A DNA stretch of 64,000 nucleotides from Lachnospiraceae bacterium UBA3689. GTDB lineage: Bacteria > Bacillota > Clostridia > Lachnospirales > Lachnospiraceae. Below, in pieces: positions 19,121 to 27,785 of this stretch. The stretch is taken from NCBI GenBank assembly GCA_002371465.1, contig DFIU01000010.1, positions 236,638-300,637 on the forward strand. Reading direction: 5' to 3'. The position numbers and the translations under genes are program-made. Each line of letters begins with the position of its first letter. Positions within the stretch are counted from its first letter, which is position 1. The notes beneath the pieces were generated by a model. It did not search any database. It was not told where the DNA came from and worked only from the letters and a program-made list of their open reading frames with translations.

Positions 19121-20332
19121 ATGGCAAAAATTCAGATGAAGACGCCGCTGGTTGAAATGGATGGCGACGAGATGACGCGGATCCTCTGGCAGATGATCAA
19201 GGACGAGTTGATCCTTCCCTTTATCGATCTGAAGTCCGAATATTACGATCTGGGACTCAAGCATCGGGATGAGACCGACGACCAGGTCACGCTGGATGCA
19301 GCTTACGCTAACAAGAAGTACGGAGTATCCGTTAAATGCGCCACCATCACGCCCAATCCGGCACGGGTCAGGGAGTATGGCCTGAAGGAGATGTGGAAGA
19401 GCCCCAACGGCACAATCCGCGCCGTTCTGGATGGAACGGTTTTTCGGACCCCCATCATCGTAAAGGGGATTGAGCCCTGTGTCAGAAATTGGAAATGCCC
19501 CATCACCATAGCCCGCCATGCCTATGGAGACGTCTATAAGAACGCCGAGATCCGGGTCCCGGGCAAGGGAGAAGCCAAGCTGGTCTTCACCGGCGAGGAT
19601 GGGACCAGGATCGAAGAGCCTATTTTTTCCTTTGACGGCCCCGGCGTCATCCAAGGCATTCACAATACCGACAAGTCCATCGAAAGTTTTGCCCGCTCCT
19701 GTTTTTCCTATGCGCTCGACCAGAAGAAGGATCTCTGGTTTGCGACAAAGGACACCATCTCTAAGACCTACGACCGGCAGTTTAAAGAGATCTTTGAGAC
19801 GGTTGCCAAAAGTTATCGGGAAAGATTTGAGGCCGCCGGCATCAGCTATTTCTACACCTTAATCGACGACGCGGTCGCCAGAATCATGAAGTCCGAGGGC
19901 GGCATGATCTGGGCCTGCAAGAACTATGACGGCGACGTCTTCTCCGATATGCTGTCCTCGTCCTTCGGGTCTTTGGCTATGATGACTTCCGTTCTGATCT
20001 CTCCGGACGGCAACTATGAGTATGAGGCGGCGCACGGCACGGTTCAACGCCATTACTACCGCCATTTAAAAGGGGAGGAGACCTCGACCAACTCCGTCGC
20101 GACGATCTTCGCCTGGACCGGAGCCCTCCGCAAGCGGGGGGAACTGGACGGCATCAAGGACCTGATGGACTTTGCCGATCGGCTGGAAGAAGCGACCCTT
20201 AAGACCATCGAAGGCGGCGTCATGACCGGCGATCTCTGCCGGATCACGACCATCCCGAACCCTAAGCAGGTCAATTCCCTGGGCTTTATCCAGGCGATCC
20301 GGAAGAAGCTGGAAGAGCAGATGGAGGCGTGA
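19121..20332 (+). CDS. icd: NADP-dependent isocitrate dehydrogenase
   Basis: [38 protein letters not shown]. Confidence 0.97.
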   Translation: MAKIQMKTPLVEMDGDEMTRILWQMIKDELILPFIDLKSEYYDLGLKHRDETDDQVTLDAAYANKKYGVSVKCATITPNPARVREYGLKEMWKSPNGTIRAVLDGTVFRTPIIVKGIEPCVRNWKCPITIARHAYGDVYKNAEIRVPGKGEAKLVFTGEDGTRIEEPIFSFDGPGVIQGIHNTDKSIESFARSCFSYALDQKKDLWFATKDTISKTYDRQFKEIFETVAKSYRERFEAAGISYFYTLIDDAVARIMKSEGGMIWACKNYDGDVFSDMLSSSFGSLAMMTSVLISPDGNYEYEAAHGTVQRHYYRHLKGEETSTNSVATIFAWTGALRKRGELDGIKDLMDFADRLEEATLKTIEGGVMTGDLCRITTIPNPKQVNSLGFIQAIRKKLEEQMEA

Positions 20333-20450
20333 TCCAGCGCATTTTTATATATAGGGATAAAAATCAGATCATTTCAGGATCAGATGAGGATAAGGACGGT
20401 GCTAAAATCACTTTTTGAAGAATTATTTTTTTGAAGATGATCTGCAATAA

Positions 20451-20577
20451 CTATCAAAAGACCCTTCCGGGCGGACTAAAAGTCTGTCCGGAAGGGTCTT
20501 TTGATAGCAAGGATCTTCTTCGTTTTTTAATAAAGAACCCTTCCGACAGACACAAGGTCTTTCCGAAAGGGTCCTTT
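20451..20577. repeat. Two related palindromic elements between convergent icd and ABC-F genes
   Basis: ctatcaaaagacccttccgggcggact-aaa-agtctgtccggaagggtcttttgatag (27-bp stem, 2 G-U), then degenerate copy aaagaacccttccgacagac-acaag-gtctttccgaaagggtccttt. Confidence 0.8.
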
Positions 20578-20596
20578 GAAGTTAGAAATATAGTAC

Positions 20597-22516
20597 TTAT
20601 GATTCTTCCTGCAATTCTTCCCACTTCCGGTAGGCTTCTTCCAGCTGACCGGCGATGGCGTCCTTTTCTTTGGTCAGCTCCGTGAGACGGGCAAGGTCCG
20701 TTCCGATCTCCGGATCGCTGAGAGCCTGGTCCAGTTCCCCGTCCCGGGTCTCGAGCCGGTCGATTTCTTGCTCCAGGCGGGAGAGGGCGTTTGCCCGCTT
20801 GCGCTTTTTCGCCTCCGCTTCTTTTTGCGCCTTCCAGTCCGACTTGGCGTCGGTCTCTTCCCTGACCGGCTGATCGGATGCGGCATCCTCTCCGAAATAG
20901 GCGCGCTCCAGATCGGCTCGCTTATCCAGATAGTAGTCGTAGTTGCCGATATAGCTTAAAAGGCTCTGCCGGGTCAGGTCCAGGATGCGGCTGGCTGTCC
21001 GGTTGATGAAGTAACGGTCGTGGGAGACATAGAGGACCGTTCCCTGGTAGGAACGGACGGCGCTCTCCAGAATCTCCCGTGAGGTGATGTCGAGATGGTT
21101 GGTCGGCTCGTCCAGGATGAGGAAGTTGGCGTTTGACAGCATGAGCTTGCACAAAGAGACGCGGGCGCGCTCGCCGCCGCTTAAGTCGCCGATCAGCTTG
21201 AAGACATCCTCATTGGTAAAGAGGAAGGCTGCCAGGGTCGTCCGGATCTCGGTGTTGTTCATATCCGGATAATCGTCGGAAATCTCTTCAAAGATGGTCT
21301 TGCTGCTATTAAGGACCTGCATTTCCTGATCGTAGTAACCGACCGTGACATTGGACCCGTAGTGGTAGAGCCCGCTGTCCGCAGGCAGGACCCCATTCAA
21401 GATTTTTAAAATGGTCGACTTCCCGGTCCCATTGTTGCCGATGAGGGCGACGTGTTCCCCCTTCTTGATATCCATGCCCACTCCCTGAAAGAGGAGGTCG
21501 CCGTCAAAGGACTTGGACAGGTCCTCGACATGAAGGACGTCGTTGCCGCTTTCAAAGCGGGGCTTTAAAGTCAGCTTCATCTTATCCTGAAGCTCCTCCG
21601 GCTTGTCCGGCAGATCCATCTTATCCAGCATCTTTTCGCGGCTCTCCGCCCGCTTAATGGACTTCTCACGGTTGAACTGCTTGAGCTTGGTGATGACCGT
21701 CTCCTGGTGCTTCCGTTCCTGTTCCGCCTTGACATAGGCGGCGTAGGCTGCCCTCCTTAGCTGTTCCTTTTTTAAACTGAAGGCGTCGTAATTTCCCCGG
21801 TAGGTGTGAGCCCTGCCGTGTTCGATTTCCACAACTTTGGAGACGACCTTATTTAAGAAATAGCGGTCGTGGGATACGATCAGGACAGCCCCCCTATAAT
21901 TTAAGAGATAGGTCTCCAGCCATTCGATCGAATGCATATCGAGGTGGTTGGTCGGCTCATCCAGCAAAATGAGATCGGGGGAAGTCAAAAGCAGGCGGCC
22001 CAGAGCCACCCGGGTCTTCTGACCGCCGGACAGGGTTGCGATGGGTTTGTCAAAATCCGCCTCGTCAAACCCCAGTCCCTTTAAGACGCCGACGACCTCG
22101 CTCTTGTAGGCATAGCCGTCCGCCCGCTCGAACGCCTCTGTCATGCGGGCGTAGCTCTTCATCTCTTCCTCAAGATCGGAGCCGCTTAAGGCCGACATCC
22201 GCCTTTCCGACTCCCGGATGCGGTCGGAGAGTTCGAGCAGGTCCGTTTTGACATGGAGCAGCTGCTGGTAGACCGTCTGGGTCCCGGTCAGGTCCTGGTG
22301 CTGGGCGAGATAGCCGATCCTAGCACCGGAAGAGAGGACGGCAGATCCCTTGTCGGGGGACAGGATCCCCATGACGATCTTTAAGAGGGTGGATTTGCCC
22401 GCCCCGTTCATGCCGACAAGTGCCACTTTTTCGTGGTCTTCAATATGAAAAGAGACGGAATTTAAGATTTCTTTTCCGTCAAAGGACTTGCTGATATTGG
22501 ATATATTTAAAATCAT
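20597..22516 (-). CDS. ABC-F family ATPase (YdiF/Uup-like translation factor)
   Basis: Two ABC domains (GMNGAGKS/LSGGQ/LLDEPTNHLD and GNNGTGKS/LSGGE/ILDEPTNHLD), no TM segments, coiled-coil C-terminus; SD gggaga before ATG 22516. Confidence 0.92.
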   Translation of the reverse strand: MILNISNISKSFDGKEILNSVSFHIEDHEKVALVGMNGAGKSTLLKIVMGILSPDKGSAVLSSGARIGYLAQHQDLTGTQTVYQQLLHVKTDLLELSDRIRESERRMSALSGSDLEEEMKSYARMTEAFERADGYAYKSEVVGVLKGLGFDEADFDKPIATLSGGQKTRVALGRLLLTSPDLILLDEPTNHLDMHSIEWLETYLLNYRGAVLIVSHDRYFLNKVVSKVVEIEHGRAHTYRGNYDAFSLKKEQLRRAAYAAYVKAEQERKHQETVITKLKQFNREKSIKRAESREKMLDKMDLPDKPEELQDKMKLTLKPRFESGNDVLHVEDLSKSFDGDLLFQGVGMDIKKGEHVALIGNNGTGKSTILKILNGVLPADSGLYHYGSNVTVGYYDQEMQVLNSSKTIFEEISDDYPDMNNTEIRTTLAAFLFTNEDVFKLIGDLSGGERARVSLCKLMLSNANFLILDEPTNHLDITSREILESAVRSYQGTVLYVSHDRYFINRTASRILDLTRQSLLSYIGNYDYYLDKRADLERAYFGEDAASDQPVREETDAKSDWKAQKEAEAKKRKRANALSRLEQEIDRLETRDGELDQALSDPEIGTDLARLTELTKEKDAIAGQLEEAYRKWEELQEES

Positions 22517-22534
22517 AATGTTCTCCCGACCGCT

Positions 22535-22586
22535 ATTATAAACGAGGGAAGGAAAAATTGACAAGGCTATAGGCGGCTTATATAAT
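22535..22586. promoter_or_regulatory. Back-to-back promoters sharing one -35 region
   Basis: Plus: TTGACA(22558)-17-TATAAT(22581). Minus: TTGTCA(22564-22559)-18-TATAAT(22540-22535). Confidence 0.7.
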
Positions 22587-22661
22587 AATTAAGATCACAT
22601 GTTTGGGCTTATTTTCTGGCAGCGGACCTCCGCTGTCCTTTTCAGTATGAGGAGCCGCTTG

Positions 22662-24149
22662 ATGAAACGGGTCATGAGAGCAAGTCAGATGAAGGCGTGC
22701 GATTTCCATATGATTGAAACGATAGGAATTCCCTCTCTGGTTTTGATGGAGAGGGCGGCGGACGCCTGCATCCGGGAACTTTTTAAGGTCTATCCGGGGC
22801 AGGTCCGGGAGTCGAAAGTCCTCTGTGTCTGCGGATCCGGCAACAATGGGGGAGACGGCTTTGCCTGTGCCAGAATCCTCGCCTTAAAGGGCGTGCAGGC
22901 GGAGGTCCTCTTTGCCGGAAAGATGGACCACAGATCGAAAGAGTGCGCCCTGCAGATGGAGATATGTCAAAGACTGGGCATCCCTATTTTGACAGAGGCG
23001 GACTTATCAGGCTTTGACATCATCATAGACGCCCTCTTTGGGATCGGGCTTGACCGCAAGGTCCGGGACCCCTATCGGACGGTCATTGAAGGCATTAACC
23101 AAGCGGACGGCTTTGTCCTTGCCGTCGATATCCCAAGCGGGGTCGCCGCCGATACCGGTCAGGTCCTGGGCTGCGCTGTCCAAGCAGACCTGACCGTGTC
23201 CATGCAGTTCTTAAAACCCGGTCTGCTACTGCCGCCGGGGGCTAAATGTGCGGGGCTGGTTCGCGACGCGGATATCGGGATCATGGAAAGCGACGGGGCA
23301 GATGCTATCTATATGCCTGAGCTAGCTGACTTAAAGGACCTGCTTCCCAGGCGGGAGCGGTTTGGCAACAAGGGGACTTTTGGCAAGATCCTGGTCATAG
23401 CCGGATCAGAGAATATGGCCGGCGCTTCCTGGTTTGCCGCCAGATCCGCCCTTTTGACCGGCTGCGGCATGGTGAAAATTATGACGGTCCCCATGAACCG
23501 GGTTATCCTCCAGGAGATGCTGCCGGAGGCGATGCTGGTCACCTATGAAACAAAGGACGAAGCCCTCGCCGCCCTTCCGGCAGCCCTTTCCTGGGCGGAC
23601 TGTGTCCTGGCAGGACCCGGCATGGGAAATACTGACCGGACGGCTGCCATCATCGAAGAACTTTTAAAAGAGGCGTCCTGTCCCCTGGTTCTCGACGCCG
23701 ACGGCTTAAATGTCCTGGCGGGACGAATCGAGATTTTAGATAGTTCCCGGGGGGACTTTATCATCACGCCCCATATGGGGGAGATGAGCAGACTAACGGG
23801 GCTTTCGGTGGAGAAGCTTAAAGACGATCCCATTCGCTGCGCTTCGGACTTTGCGGTGCGGCACAAACTGACCTGTATTTTAAAGGACGCCCGGACCGTG
23901 ACCGCCTGCCCGGACGGAGGCGTTTATCTCAACACTTTGGGCAACAGCGGCATGGCGACGGCGGGCAGCGGCGATACCCTGGCGGGGATCGTAGCGTCTA
24001 TGACCGTCCAGGGAGCGCCCGCCTGCACCGGTGTCTTACTGCACGCAGCTGCCGGAGATAAGGCGGCGGAAAAAATCGGCCTGCCGGGGCTTACCGCAGG
24101 CAAACTGGCGGAAGCGGCGGCAGAGGTTTATAAGGAGCAAGCAGGATGA
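22662..24149 (+). CDS. nnr: Bifunctional NAD(P)HX epimerase/dehydratase (YjeF)
   Basis: LMERAA, CGSGNNGGDG, DALFGIG, AVDIPSG, NKGTFG, ITPHMGE, ATAGSGDTL; SD gaggag before ATG 22662. Confidence 0.94.
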   Translation: MKRVMRASQMKACDFHMIETIGIPSLVLMERAADACIRELFKVYPGQVRESKVLCVCGSGNNGGDGFACARILALKGVQAEVLFAGKMDHRSKECALQMEICQRLGIPILTEADLSGFDIIIDALFGIGLDRKVRDPYRTVIEGINQADGFVLAVDIPSGVAADTGQVLGCAVQADLTVSMQFLKPGLLLPPGAKCAGLVRDADIGIMESDGADAIYMPELADLKDLLPRRERFGNKGTFGKILVIAGSENMAGASWFAARSALLTGCGMVKIMTVPMNRVILQEMLPEAMLVTYETKDEALAALPAALSWADCVLAGPGMGNTDRTAAIIEELLKEASCPLVLDADGLNVLAGRIEILDSSRGDFIITPHMGEMSRLTGLSVEKLKDDPIRCASDFAVRHKLTCILKDARTVTACPDGGVYLNTLGNSGMATAGSGDTLAGIVASMTVQGAPACTGVLLHAAAGDKAAEKIGLPGLTAGKLAEAAAEVYKEQAG

Positions 24150-25309
24150 AAAAGTACAGCCGAATCAGGGCGGATATTGATCTGGATGTCATCGCCCACA
24201 ATTTTGATGTCATGCATCAAAGGTTAAGACCGGGGACGCGGATGTGCGCCGTCGTCAAGGCGGATTGCTACGGTCACGGCGCCGTCCCCATAGCCGGTAT
24301 GATCCAGAATTATGACTATATCTGGGGCTACGCCTGCGCGACGGCGGAAGAGGCGATGACGCTGAGACGGTCCGGCATCAGAAAACCCATCGTCCTTTTG
24401 GGCTACGCCTTCCCCGAGTCCTATGAGGATATCATTGACTACGACATCCGCGCCTGCGTATTTGAAACAGAATCCGCCCGCGCCCTATCCCATGTCGCCT
24501 CTCTTTTGCAGCGGACCGCCCTGGTCCACATAGCCCTTGACACCGGCATGGGTCGGATCGGATTTTCCGACACGGAGGAGTCCGTCGAGGCAATCAAAGA
24601 GATCGCCCAGCTGTCCAATCTGAAGATTGAGGGGATGTTCACCCATTTTGCCAGGGCGGACGAGATCTCCCTTGAGCCGGCAGTTAAGCAAAAAGACCGC
24701 TACGACGCCTTTTCGAGAAGGCTTAAGGAGGCGGGCGTTGAGATTCCCATTCACCACGTCAGCAACAGCGCAGCCCTGATGCGGTATCCGGAGGCAAACG
24801 AGGACATGGTCCGCGCCGGCATCACCATTTACGGACTTTTGCCATCCGACGAGATTGAAGATGAGATGGGTGACTTAAGACCCGCCCTGTCCCTTTTAAG
24901 TCACGTCAGCTGTGTCAAATGGCTCAAAAAGGGCTGCCCGGTCAGCTACGGCGGGACCTATGTGACAACTAAGGACACCCTGGTCGCGACCGTGCCGGTC
25001 GGCTACGCGGACGGTTATCCCCGGACCCTCTCCAATAAAGGGGAAGTCCTCATCAAGGGGCAGAGGGTTCCCGTCATCGGCAGGATCTGTATGGATCAAT
25101 TCATGGTGGATGTGACGGGACTTGACGTAAAGCAGGGGGAGGAAGTCGTCCTTTTGGGGCAGCAGGGACAAGAGCAAATCCGGGCGGAAGAACTGGGAAC
25201 TTTAAGCGGCAGGTTCAATTATGAGCTGGTCTGCGACATTTCCAAACGCGTCCCCCGCAACTATCTCCTGAAAGGGCAGATCCTGCAGCAGGTTGATTAT
25301 TTTTCATGA
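24146..25309 (+). CDS. alr: Alanine racemase
   Basis: AVVKADCYGHG (PLP lysine), DTGMGRIG, SYGGTY, GRICMDQ. Confidence 0.97.
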   Translation: MKKYSRIRADIDLDVIAHNFDVMHQRLRPGTRMCAVVKADCYGHGAVPIAGMIQNYDYIWGYACATAEEAMTLRRSGIRKPIVLLGYAFPESYEDIIDYDIRACVFETESARALSHVASLLQRTALVHIALDTGMGRIGFSDTEESVEAIKEIAQLSNLKIEGMFTHFARADEISLEPAVKQKDRYDAFSRRLKEAGVEIPIHHVSNSAALMRYPEANEDMVRAGITIYGLLPSDEIEDEMGDLRPALSLLSHVSCVKWLKKGCPVSYGGTYVTTKDTLVATVPVGYADGYPRTLSNKGEVLIKGQRVPVIGRICMDQFMVDVTGLDVKQGEEVVLLGQQGQEQIRAEELGTLSGRFNYELVCDISKRVPRNYLLKGQILQQVDYFS

Positions 25310-26139
25310 CTATGGTAAATTTGTTTGGCAAAAAAAAGAAGCGTGAAGCAAAAGTTACCGAGAACCAGATCATTGACATGGTAGATGAGGCTCACCAAAG
25401 CGGGACCCTTGAGAAGCATGAAGCTGAGATGATCCAGAACGTCATTTCCTTCGCGGACACCGACGCCCGGGAGATCATGACCCACCGGAACGACATTCAC
25501 GCCATTGAAAATACCACGACGCTGGGCGACGCGGTCCGGGAGATGCTCTCTGGAGCCAATTCCCGCTTTCCGGTCTATGAGGGGACCATCGATTCCATCC
25601 TGGGGATCGTCACCTTAAAGGACGCCGTGCAGCGCTACGTCTTTGAGCCGGGGGACCGGGACCTCATGATCGGGGAGATCAAGGGGCTCATTCGCGAGGT
25701 GACCATCTTTCCGGAGACCCGGTCGATTGAAAGTATCCTCCAGTATATGCGGTCGCAGAAGATCCAGCTGGTCATCGTCGTCGACGAATACGGACAGACG
25801 ACCGGTCTTGTCGCCATGGAAGATATCCTGGAGGAAATCGTCGGCAACATCCTGGATGAGTACGACTCCGAGGAACATTTTATCCAGCAGCGCTTTGACG
25901 ACAGCATTGTGCTGGACGGTCTGACTCCCCTTGATCGGGCTGCTGAGGTCCTCCATGTCAACCTCGAAGATGAGGATTTCGAGACCTTAAACGGGTATCT
26001 GACGGCTCTTTTAGGTCATATTCCGGGACCTATGGACAAGCATGTGACAGGAAAACATTTCCTGTTTCATATATTAAAAGTAGAACATCACACGATCAGA
26101 AAAGTCAGGGCAGAACGCCTGCCCTCTGACAAACAGTAA
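25306..26139 (+). CDS. CBS-pair plus CorC/HlyC domain protein without transmembrane domain
   Basis: AREIMTHR, SRFPVYE, VVDEYGQTTGLVAMEDILEEIVGNILDEYD, DFETLNG. Confidence 0.85.
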   Translation: MTMVNLFGKKKKREAKVTENQIIDMVDEAHQSGTLEKHEAEMIQNVISFADTDAREIMTHRNDIHAIENTTTLGDAVREMLSGANSRFPVYEGTIDSILGIVTLKDAVQRYVFEPGDRDLMIGEIKGLIREVTIFPETRSIESILQYMRSQKIQLVIVVDEYGQTTGLVAMEDILEEIVGNILDEYDSEEHFIQQRFDDSIVLDGLTPLDRAAEVLHVNLEDEDFETLNGYLTALLGHIPGPMDKHVTGKHFLFHILKVEHHTIRKVRAERLPSDKQ

Positions 26140-26150
26140 AGGAGAAAACG

Positions 26151-26888
26151 ATGTCAGGACATTCAAAATTCGCCAACATTAAGCATAAGAAAGAAAAGAA
26201 CGATGCTGCCAAGGGAAAAGTTTTCACGATGATCGGACGTGAAATCGCGGTTGCAGTCAAAGAAGGAGGTCCTGATCCGGCAAATAACTTCAAGCTGGCT
26301 GCAGTCGTCGCCAAGGCAAAGGCTGCCAATATGCCCAATGATACCATTGAGCGCGGCATCAAAAAAGCTGCCGGCGACCAGAACGGGGCAAGCTACGAAC
26401 ACAACACCTACGAAGGCTACGGTCCCTCCGGCGTCGCCATTATCGTCGATACGCTGACGGACAACAAGAACCGGACCGCGGCGGCAGTCCGCGCCGCCTT
26501 CTCCAAGGGCAGCGGCAATGTCGGAACGCCGGGCTGCGTCTCCTATATGTTCGATGAGAAGGGCCAGATCATCGTCGACAAAGAGGACTGCGCTATGAAC
26601 GCGGACGACCTCATGATGGCAGCCCTTGACGCCGGAGCGGAGGATTTTAAAGAAGAAGAGGACAGCTACGAGATTGATACGGCTCCGGAGGACCTGGAGG
26701 CGGTCCAGAAAAACCTGGAATCCCAGGGCGTTCAGATGGTACAGGCAGAAGTTTCCAAGATTCCGCAGAACTATGTCGCCCTGACAAACCCCGAGGATAT
26801 CGGCAACCTGAACCGGATTCTGGATCTTTTGGATGAATGCGACGATGTACAGAACGTCTACCACAACTGGGACGAAGAGGAAGGCTGA
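26151..26888 (+). CDS. yebC: YebC/PmpR family protein
   Basis: MSGHSKFANIKHKK, YEGYGPSGVA, TDNKNRT, DDVQNVYHN. Confidence 0.96.
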   Translation: MSGHSKFANIKHKKEKNDAAKGKVFTMIGREIAVAVKEGGPDPANNFKLAAVVAKAKAANMPNDTIERGIKKAAGDQNGASYEHNTYEGYGPSGVAIIVDTLTDNKNRTAAAVRAAFSKGSGNVGTPGCVSYMFDEKGQIIVDKEDCAMNADDLMMAALDAGAEDFKEEEDSYEIDTAPEDLEAVQKNLESQGVQMVQAEVSKIPQNYVALTNPEDIGNLNRILDLLDECDDVQNVYHNWDEEEG

Positions 26889-26903
26889 GGGAATCCGTAA
26901 TCT

Positions 26904-27770
26904 ATGGATCTATTGACAGCACTGGTGCTTGGCGTTTTGCAGGGAGTGACGGAATTCCTTCCTGTCAGTTCGTCAGGCCATCTTGCCGTTGCGGCAAAAA
27001 TGATGGGCTCTGAGGGAGAGATTATTCTTCCATACCTCGCCTATTTTCACCTGGGGACTCTTCTTGCCATCCTAGCCTACTTCCGGAAAGACGTGAAAAA
27101 GCTGCTTATTGAGTATCAAAAGTCCCTGTCCGGCTTTTTCTTGTCTCTTAAGGGGAAGTTCAAGCGGACAGCAAGCGGTCCCGTCCATCCCAAAGCTCCC
27201 AAAACCAACTGCCAGAAGCTGGCGGTCATGATCGCGGCGGCGGATGCCGTCACCCTTCTTCTGGGGCTTTTGCTGCACCGGCCGGCCAGGGCTTTCGGAC
27301 AGAATCCCCTCTATGCCGGGGCGGCGCTTTTGGTGACCGCCATGCTGCTTCTGGTGACCGAGATGGCGCCCAAAGACCAGCTTGCGCCAAAAGACATCCC
27401 GACGGGACGCGCCTATCTGATCGGGCTTATGCAGGGGCTTGCGGTCCTGCCCGGTCTTTCAAGAGCAGCCTGCAGCATCTCGGGCGCTATGTTCAGCGGC
27501 TTCAGCAAAAAAAATGCGGTTCGCTTTTCCTATCTGGCAGCGATCCCGGTCATTCTGGGAGCGGCGGTCCTGGAGCTGATCGATCTGCCCCCGGCGGCCG
27601 GCAGGGCCTTTGTCCGGCCTGTCCTTGTGGGGATCGCGGCGTCCGCTGTGACCGGTTACCTGGTCATCAGCTTCTTTTTGAAATTTATCAGGAGGCATTC
27701 CTTCAAGGGGTTTGCCCTTTACTGCTTCCTGGTCGGAATATTGAGTATGACGGTCGGTCTGATCGGCTGA
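26904..27770 (+). CDS. uppP: Undecaprenyl-diphosphatase
   Basis: QGVTEFLPVSSSGHL, HLGT, QGLAVLPGLSR. Confidence 0.93.
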   Translation: MDLLTALVLGVLQGVTEFLPVSSSGHLAVAAKMMGSEGEIILPYLAYFHLGTLLAILAYFRKDVKKLLIEYQKSLSGFFLSLKGKFKRTASGPVHPKAPKTNCQKLAVMIAAADAVTLLLGLLLHRPARAFGQNPLYAGAALLVTAMLLLVTEMAPKDQLAPKDIPTGRAYLIGLMQGLAVLPGLSRAACSISGAMFSGFSKKNAVRFSYLAAIPVILGAAVLELIDLPPAAGRAFVRPVLVGIAASAVTGYLVISFFLKFIRRHSFKGFALYCFLVGILSMTVGLIG

Positions 27771-27785
27771 CATAAGGGAGAGAGC

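Noticed and set aside
20431-20685. 84-aa ORF across the icd/ABC-F spacer
   Set aside because: Runs through the palindromes and overlaps the ABC-F 3' end; no SD or recognisable domain.
20597-22516. ABC-F as an antibiotic-resistance factor
   Set aside because: Core-genome setting, no leader peptide or attenuator, housekeeping architecture.
26047-26065. 8-bp inverted repeat acaggaaa-aca-tttcctgt at the end of the CBS gene
   Set aside because: Short, inside coding sequence, and no convincing promoter spacing; may be chance.
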